From Deinococcales bacterium (GTDB lineage: Bacteria; Deinococcota; Deinococci; Deinococcales; JAAFIG01): 64,000 nt of DNA. The stretch lies in NCBI GenBank assembly GCA_043778225.1, contig JAYWGM010000095.1, positions 1 through 64,000 of the forward strand, written 5' to 3'. Under the pieces are notes generated by a model. It had not been told where the DNA came from and did not search any database. It saw only the letters and a program-made list of their open reading frames with translations. The translations under genes and the position numbers were made by a program. This document shows, piece by piece, positions 58,189 to 64,000 of the stretch (position 1 is its first letter; the number at the start of each line of letters is the position of its first letter).

Positions 58189-61100
58189 TTAGATCAATCC
58201 TAGGGAACAAATAATTTCGGTGGTTTTGCTGTCCTGTTCGGCTTGAATGTTACACAATCGGTTATCTTCGCGTAACGTCAGGACAAGGTTCATCAGGTCT
58301 TCGTCGCTGATACTGTTTTTGAGTTGTCGCCCTAGGGTATCACGGGCATTCTCGAGCAACGGGTAACGGTATATGTCGTCTGTGGCTGCATGAATGGCTT
58401 GATTCTCGAATAAACTGCCTTGGATTTTTTCGGCATAATTTTTTAGACGTTGATACGTTTTGAAGCGGGCATCGCTGCGTTTACCAAGTTGTCCGCTCAG
58501 GCTTTGGTCTTCGGCGGCAACCAGTTCCATACCCCGTGTTACAAGTTCATGGTGATTCTCGGCTCGAGTTTGACTTGGGGTGTTTGGGTTGCAAGCTGCC
58601 ATTTCTAGGATTGTTAATTGCGAATACGAAACATTATTGCCATTTTGGTCTAACCACACCAGTGCATCGTTGCCTTGGCTACTTCGGGCATAAACCAGTG
58701 CGCCTTGTGGTTGCTCGAGACTGGGAACGTGGCGTTTAGCGGCATAAACCACGTTGGGCATATCGCGGATTTGATTTTCAAAATTTGGATTGTTCTCGAT
58801 GGCTTTTTGCCAAATGCTGTAGGCATAACTGGCGAGGTCTACTTCGGTGTCGGTTTCACCATCGAGTAAGCCGCTTTTTTCGTTGTATAAGTCTAGGATT
58901 ATGTTTTCATCATCGTCTTCAAAAAATTGTTCGTCTGTACCGATCACTTCAGCATTTTGTTTTAATCGGCTTTTAACACGGCGGCGTAAATTGATGATTC
59001 GTTCGACTCCTTCGGCGGGCAGAAAACTGTAACAAAATATCTTTTCGGCTTGTTGTCCAATGCGGTCTACTCGTCCTGCTCGTTGAATCAGGCGAATAAT
59101 TGCCCACGGTAAATCAAAATTCACGACAATATGGGCATCTTGTAGGTTTTGTCCTTCGGATAGCACATCCGAAGAAATCAGTACCCGAAGTTCGTCGCTT
59201 ACTTTTTTATCGTTGCTGCGTGGTGAAAAACGCCACGCCAAGGCAGTTGGGTCGTTGCTCGAGCCGACAACACCCGACATTTTTTCTATTCCTCTGGCTT
59301 TTAATTCTCGTTCTAAGTAATGCACTGTATCGGCAAACTGGGTGAAAACCAAAATTTTTTCTTCGGGATGGGTTTTTTCTATCAGGTTTTGTAGTGCCTT
59401 TAGTTTTGTGTCAAGGTCGGGATTCCAACGCCCACAGTTTTTTAGCACCTCTTGAATCGCGGTTGCGTCTAATGTTAAATGCTGGTGTAATTCCTTGGCA
59501 AAAAGGTCGCTGCGTAACCATTTGAAACGCTTTTTGAATTGGGTCGCATAATCATTGTATATTTCGGCAGCTTTACTTTTCATTTCGGCTTGACTTAAAA
59601 AAATAGTTTCGGAGTTTCTACTTTCATCGGGTTCATCCTCATTGCTGGTTTCATCGTCTATTAAGCTCATCTCGAGTAAAGTTTGGGTATTGTCGTCGGC
59701 ATCTTCATCCGAAAACCTTGCATCTAATAACTCGGCGGTCTGTGTTCCAATTGGTAATGGCAGGTTGTGTTCAAGCGCGTACAAAAATATATAATTACGC
59801 AGCACATGACGTTCTAAACTCTGTACAAAGGTCGTGCCACCACTCTCGAGCCGCTTAAAGAGGTTGGTCCGACAAAAACCAATTAAGCGCTTACCAGCTC
59901 GTCCTAAGTTCTGAATTTGTTTCTGCTCGAGGGTTGTGGGGGCAATGGCTGGTTTCTCGAGAATGTACTTACCCAGTCCGTAACGTGGCAAGATCAGGTT
60001 TTCTATTGCAAAAATAACTTGGCTCGAGTACAAACGGGCATAAGGGTCATTTGGGTTTTGGTCGTCTATTGCAAAGCGTACAGTTTTAGGTTGACGAGTT
60101 GGGAAATACGAACGTTTTCCGTTAGCAAAGGTCAGGTAAGCCCGTCCAGTATCGTCTTTTTCGGCGTATATGTTCTGAATGAAACTTCGGGTTCGGCGTA
60201 CCATAAATAAACGCATTAGTTCGCGCCAGTCGTCTGGGAATTCACTTTTCTCAAAGGCTTTAATCGAACGAGGATTGGTCTGTAAATGCCCAAGTTCATG
60301 TTCGCCTTTGGCGCGAATCAGGGCTTCTGGTCGAATTCCAAGGTCGGTCTCTTCTTTAATGAATAACCCTAGTTGGCTCGAGAGGTCAAGGTAGGTTTTG
60401 TTATAAGGCGTGGCGGACAGCAAAATACATTTGGCTTTGCAGAGTTCGATGTATTCTTTAATAATTTTGTAACGCCGACCTTCGCGGTTGCGTAAATTAT
60501 GACTTTCATCTATTAGAACCAATTGGTTTGGGCGTTGTTCAGGTAATTTTTTGACCACCTGAGTGATTGGTAAAACTCGAGCGTTCAAGTCGTACTTATC
60601 AATGTAGTCCTGCCACATCTTAGTGAGGTTTTTAGGACAAATAATCAGAGTACGGGCTTGAAAATCTTGTTCATAAAGTTTTATCAGCGCAGTTGCCATC
60701 AGGGTTTTACCAAGCCCAACCACATCGCCTAGAATTACCCCACCGCGTTTATTCAAATGATTTGCGGCAATGCTAACGGCTTTTTCTTGGTATTCAAATA
60801 ATTCGCGCTTTAATTGCTTTGGAATCGTAAAAGAATTGATGCCCGCTCGAGCATCCGCCGAAAGGTGGTATGCCATTTTAATATAAATTTGATACGGTGT
60901 GACCGCATTACCAGCCCATGAAGCATCAATAATTTCAATCAGTTCTTGGCTAATGTCTAAACTCCAACGGTCAGCCCAACGATCTTCAAACCAGCCTTGT
61001 AGCTTCTGAGCCGCATCAGCATCGAGTACATCCACGTTTAACTCGCCTTGTTTAGCCAATCCAGCCAGCGTTAAATTACTCGAGCCAAGATAAGGCACAA

Positions 61101-61563
61101 TTGGGGTAATACGGTCAGAGCGGTGCATTAGATATAACTTAGCGTGTAAGCCCTGACGTACTGATAATTTCACCACCACTTTGCCGCTTTTTAGTTGCTC
61201 ACTCAGACGGCGCAAACCTGCTTCATCGGCGTTACTGGGTGCGCCATAAGTCAGTTGTTTCTTAAAATGCTCTGCTGTTTGGCGCTGCAAACGTTTTGCT
61301 GTGGCATTATCAAGCTCTTGATGACCTTTTGTTAAATTGTATAAAACTCGCAGTTCATCTTGGGGCAAGCTCTGCATTCCAACCAATAACCGTACTCTTG
61401 ATTCTGGTGTTCCTGTCCAAGTTTCGATATGTGAGTCCAGTAATTTCCAACCACGCATATTAAAATAACCAACACAAAAATCGGCACGAGATGAACTTTT
61501 AAGTGTTGCTATGAGGGTCGGCGATAGGAACTGTTCGATATTATCAAAAATCCTAGGCATCAT
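58189..61563 (-). CDS. PLD-nuclease-SNF2 helicase fusion
   Basis: N-terminal LHAKLY...GSSNLT (HKD-like), DVVGLGKT, DESH, SATP, SEGQNLQ, QRAGRVDRIG. Confidence 0.9.
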   Translation of the reverse strand: MMPRIFDNIEQFLSPTLIATLKSSSRADFCVGYFNMRGWKLLDSHIETWTGTPESRVRLLVGMQSLPQDELRVLYNLTKGHQELDNATAKRLQRQTAEHFKKQLTYGAPSNADEAGLRRLSEQLKSGKVVVKLSVRQGLHAKLYLMHRSDRITPIVPYLGSSNLTLAGLAKQGELNVDVLDADAAQKLQGWFEDRWADRWSLDISQELIEIIDASWAGNAVTPYQIYIKMAYHLSADARAGINSFTIPKQLKRELFEYQEKAVSIAANHLNKRGGVILGDVVGLGKTLMATALIKLYEQDFQARTLIICPKNLTKMWQDYIDKYDLNARVLPITQVVKKLPEQRPNQLVLIDESHNLRNREGRRYKIIKEYIELCKAKCILLSATPYNKTYLDLSSQLGLFIKEETDLGIRPEALIRAKGEHELGHLQTNPRSIKAFEKSEFPDDWRELMRLFMVRRTRSFIQNIYAEKDDTGRAYLTFANGKRSYFPTRQPKTVRFAIDDQNPNDPYARLYSSQVIFAIENLILPRYGLGKYILEKPAIAPTTLEQKQIQNLGRAGKRLIGFCRTNLFKRLESGGTTFVQSLERHVLRNYIFLYALEHNLPLPIGTQTAELLDARFSDEDADDNTQTLLEMSLIDDETSNEDEPDESRNSETIFLSQAEMKSKAAEIYNDYATQFKKRFKWLRSDLFAKELHQHLTLDATAIQEVLKNCGRWNPDLDTKLKALQNLIEKTHPEEKILVFTQFADTVHYLERELKARGIEKMSGVVGSSNDPTALAWRFSPRSNDKKVSDELRVLISSDVLSEGQNLQDAHIVVNFDLPWAIIRLIQRAGRVDRIGQQAEKIFCYSFLPAEGVERIINLRRRVKSRLKQNAEVIGTDEQFFEDDDENIILDLYNEKSGLLDGETDTEVDLASYAYSIWQKAIENNPNFENQIRDMPNVVYAAKRHVPSLEQPQGALVYARSSQGNDALVWLDQNGNNVSYSQLTILEMAACNPNTPSQTRAENHHELVTRGMELVAAEDQSLSGQLGKRSDARFKTYQRLKNYAEKIQGSLFENQAIHAATDDIYRYPLLENARDTLGRQLKNSISDEDLMNLVLTLREDNRLCNIQAEQDSKTTEIICSLGLI

Positions 61564-61660
61564 TTTTCCTTATCATTAACATCCATCATATCCTCAAAAT
61601 GACTTTTGGCACGCTTGTGGGTATTGATGCGTGAAGCTGCTGAAAGGTAAACTTTTGGGT

Positions 61661-61948
61661 ATGACCGTTACCCCAGCCGAAATGGAACACCTGAAAAAAC
61701 TAGCCAGACTCGAGATGAGCGCCACAGAAACCGAAGCCGCCGCCAAGGACATCAATAATATCCTCGAGAGTTTCAAAGCCTTGCAAAACCTTGACTTGAG
61801 TGCTTTCCCTGAAATGCCACGACCTGTGCCAATGCAAAACATCATGCGCCAAGACGTTGCCGTGGCTGGACTCGAGCAGCGCGAAGCGATGGCAATTGCG
61901 GTAGAAGCCGAAGATGGTTTTTTCAAAGTGCCGCGTACAGTTGAATAA
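61661..61948 (+). CDS. gatC: Asp/Glu-tRNA amidotransferase subunit C
   Basis: HL.KLARL, MR.D, DGFFKVP; start moved to 61661. Confidence 0.9.
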   Translation: MTVTPAEMEHLKKLARLEMSATETEAAAKDINNILESFKALQNLDLSAFPEMPRPVPMQNIMRQDVAVAGLEQREAMAIAVEAEDGFFKVPRTVE

Positions 61949-61993
61949 AAATCGAACCCCATTTCGGGATTCGATTCAGGCTCGAGTAAAATG

Positions 61994-63901
61994 TTACGGC
62001 ATCATTGGACCGGGCGCAGTGACTCTTAACTGTGCGTTTGTGCTGGTTAAAGTGCCAACCGAATTACTGACGACCACATAGAAAAGGGCAAAATCATCTT
62101 GGTTGGTTGTAGCTGCAATGGTGTAACTCGAGCTGGTCGCACCAGAAATAAGTACCGAATTACGAAACCATTGGTACGAAATTGGGTTTGTGCCAGTGGC
62201 TGTAACACTGAATGTGGCAGGCATTCCAAGAAATACCATTTGCGGACCCGGTTGTTGGGTAATCGAAGGGTCTGGAGCAGCCGTGACAGTCAGGGTAGCG
62301 GCAGCACTGGTCACACTGCCAGCCAAGTTGGTTATTACAACTGTAAACTGTGCGCCATTATCGGCAAGGCTAACGGGAGAAATACCGTAAATACTATTGA
62401 TTGCATTCGGAATCAAAACACTGTTTCTGTACCACTGAAAGCTGACCGCCGTGGGGCTGTTGCTGCTAACTCCAAACGTAGCCGCTTGTCCAACCACCTT
62501 ACTCAGGCTTATCGGTTGGGCGGTAATGATTGGAATCGCTCCAGGTGTGGCTAACACATTCAGGGTCGCGGCAAAGCTGGTGACACTACCGCCAAGGTTG
62601 GTCACAACCACCGTAAAAACTGCGCCATTGTCGGATAGAACAGTGCTGTTCAGCAAATAGCTGCTGGTGGTTATATTTGGAATCAAAACAGCATTTTTGT
62701 ACCACTGATATGTGACAGGGCTACCACTCGAGACCGTGACCGAAAAGCTGCTTGGGCTGCCAACAAGCACAGTCGTACTGCGTGGCTCAGATAAAATAAC
62801 GGCTTTTTTGTTGATAATCACATCGCTTAGCACCAAACAAGTCGTTAAGGTTATATCGGTGCTAGAAGCACCAACTTGAACTGTATTGGATTCTTGAGTC
62901 TGCGTTGTACCTTTGACTGCCAGCAAGGTGGCAATGGCGTTTTTCTTGATTGGGATGCGAAAGGTATTGGTATTGGCGTTTGAATACCTGATGCTTGTTC
63001 CCGAATAGTTAAACCCTTGGCTCGAGACGCTAAAACCAGTCGTAATTGGCAGATTGGCCGAATCCACCAAGCAACCACTGACAAAAATCGTGTTGTAAAC
63101 TTGGTCGGCATTCCAAAACGAAAAATGGCTAACTGTACCTTCGTAGTACCGATTGGTTGGTGTGCCAAGCAATGTTGCAGTGCCTTCCTCGAGCCAACGC
63201 CCCGTGGTTTCGTTAAAGTAAAAAAGTGGAATCGTAGCTGGCAAAGTGATAGCGCGGCTGGCAACTGGAATCCGAATCGTGGCGGTTTTACCAGCGCCAA
63301 GATTGAGCTTATTGCCATTTGAATCACTTAGTTCGATGTTTAACGCGCCAAAACTTTCAATGCTTTCTATTTGGCTGCCATTCTGGGCAGTGTAATCGCC
63401 GGGCATACTCTGTGGGTTAGCGGCTGGGTCAATCGGTGTAACTTGGGCGGTAATGTTGCCGCTTGCCAGTACACCAGTCGCCGCGTCAACAAGGCTGTTG
63501 GCACTCAAAGCAACTTGGGCGGACGAACTCGGAACACTGACAGTGGTATTGACATTGGCGGCAAAAGTTGTGCTGACCGCGATTTTACTTAAAACAACTT
63601 GGGTGTCACTAGTCTGATTTTGCAGCACCGCCAGATTTCTAAATGCCGACACATAACCAAGCGCTTCAAATTTTACAACTGCTTGGTCAGTTATGGGAAG
63701 ATTGGCGAACTCAAAACTTCCATTTGCAATAGTGGTACTCGAGAAACCACCAACACTGATTTTGGCATTGGCTAATGGCAGCGCCGTATCGAGTGCCAGA
63801 ACTGTACCTGCAATTGTGCCGATGGCTGGCGCGGTGCTGCCGCCACACGCCGATAAAAAGAGTGCGAAAAGCGAACAAGCCAGCAGTAAACCTTTTTTCA
63901 T
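61994..63901 (-). CDS. Surface lipoprotein with carboxypeptidase-regulatory-like domain and three Ig-like repeats
   Basis: Lipobox LSACGG; V.HFS.WN; three I..QP....V..G....F.V......YQW..N repeats; start moved to 63901. Confidence 0.8.
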   Translation of the reverse strand: MKKGLLLACSLFALFLSACGGSTAPAIGTIAGTVLALDTALPLANAKISVGGFSSTTIANGSFEFANLPITDQAVVKFEALGYVSAFRNLAVLQNQTSDTQVVLSKIAVSTTFAANVNTTVSVPSSSAQVALSANSLVDAATGVLASGNITAQVTPIDPAANPQSMPGDYTAQNGSQIESIESFGALNIELSDSNGNKLNLGAGKTATIRIPVASRAITLPATIPLFYFNETTGRWLEEGTATLLGTPTNRYYEGTVSHFSFWNADQVYNTIFVSGCLVDSANLPITTGFSVSSQGFNYSGTSIRYSNANTNTFRIPIKKNAIATLLAVKGTTQTQESNTVQVGASSTDITLTTCLVLSDVIINKKAVILSEPRSTTVLVGSPSSFSVTVSSGSPVTYQWYKNAVLIPNITTSSYLLNSTVLSDNGAVFTVVVTNLGGSVTSFAATLNVLATPGAIPIITAQPISLSKVVGQAATFGVSSNSPTAVSFQWYRNSVLIPNAINSIYGISPVSLADNGAQFTVVITNLAGSVTSAAATLTVTAAPDPSITQQPGPQMVFLGMPATFSVTATGTNPISYQWFRNSVLISGATSSSYTIAATTNQDDFALFYVVVSNSVGTLTSTNAQLRVTAPGPMMP

Positions 63902-64000
63902 GGTGTTTCCCCTTTGTGCTGTCTCGAAGTGGCTCGAGTTGAGATTAGTACAGAACAAAGTCTATTTCTGGGGTCTTAAAAGGGTCTTAATGGTTACTCG

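Noticed and set aside
54266..61563. Calling the locus DISARM or BREX
   Set aside because: No DrmA/DrmB (DUF1998), PglZ or BrxC genes seen in the window
48767..61563. Integrative element or prophage boundaries around the defence island
   Set aside because: No integrase, transposase, tRNA or flanking direct repeats found by eye
1..64000. CTCGAG abundance as a cloning or assembly artefact (XhoI concatemers)
   Set aside because: Sites lie in-frame within intact conserved genes (glmM, dxs, der, era) without breaking their motifs

Overview
Bacterial chromosomal window, most likely Deinococcota. This rests on a Deinococcus/Thermus-style type IV pilin N-terminus and many apparently leaderless genes. 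It is mostly housekeeping (rbfA, glmM, rsmA, era, der, dxs, gatC, amt, an ABC transporter, an aquaporin, an OmpR-type two-component pair). There are four accessory blocks: (1) an AT-rich pilin/O-oligosaccharyltransferase cassette; (2) a degenerate PRTase - DUF4388-like - HAMP - Amt cluster; (3) four tandem paralogous beta-propeller lipoproteins; (4) a ~13 kb putative defence island (PLD-SNF2 helicase, HicB/HicA, large amino-methyltransferase, DUF559 nuclease with palindromic repeats, two ABC-ATPase + TOPRIM-like pairs). The most striking non-gene signal is extreme iteration of the palindrome CTCGAG: 47 copies by manual count in the first 10 kb against about 2-3 expected. It behaves like a HIP-type element and is absent from the AT-rich cassette. 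Also notable are an intergenic 8-nt satellite/hairpin family and a tandem repeat that builds a relay of translationally coupled mini-ORFs between glmM and rbfA. No rRNA, tRNA, CRISPR array, integrase or transposase was seen. All calls come from motif recognition by eye and no searches were run. Several starts were moved from the ORF track using SD, -10 or stop-start overlap evidence.
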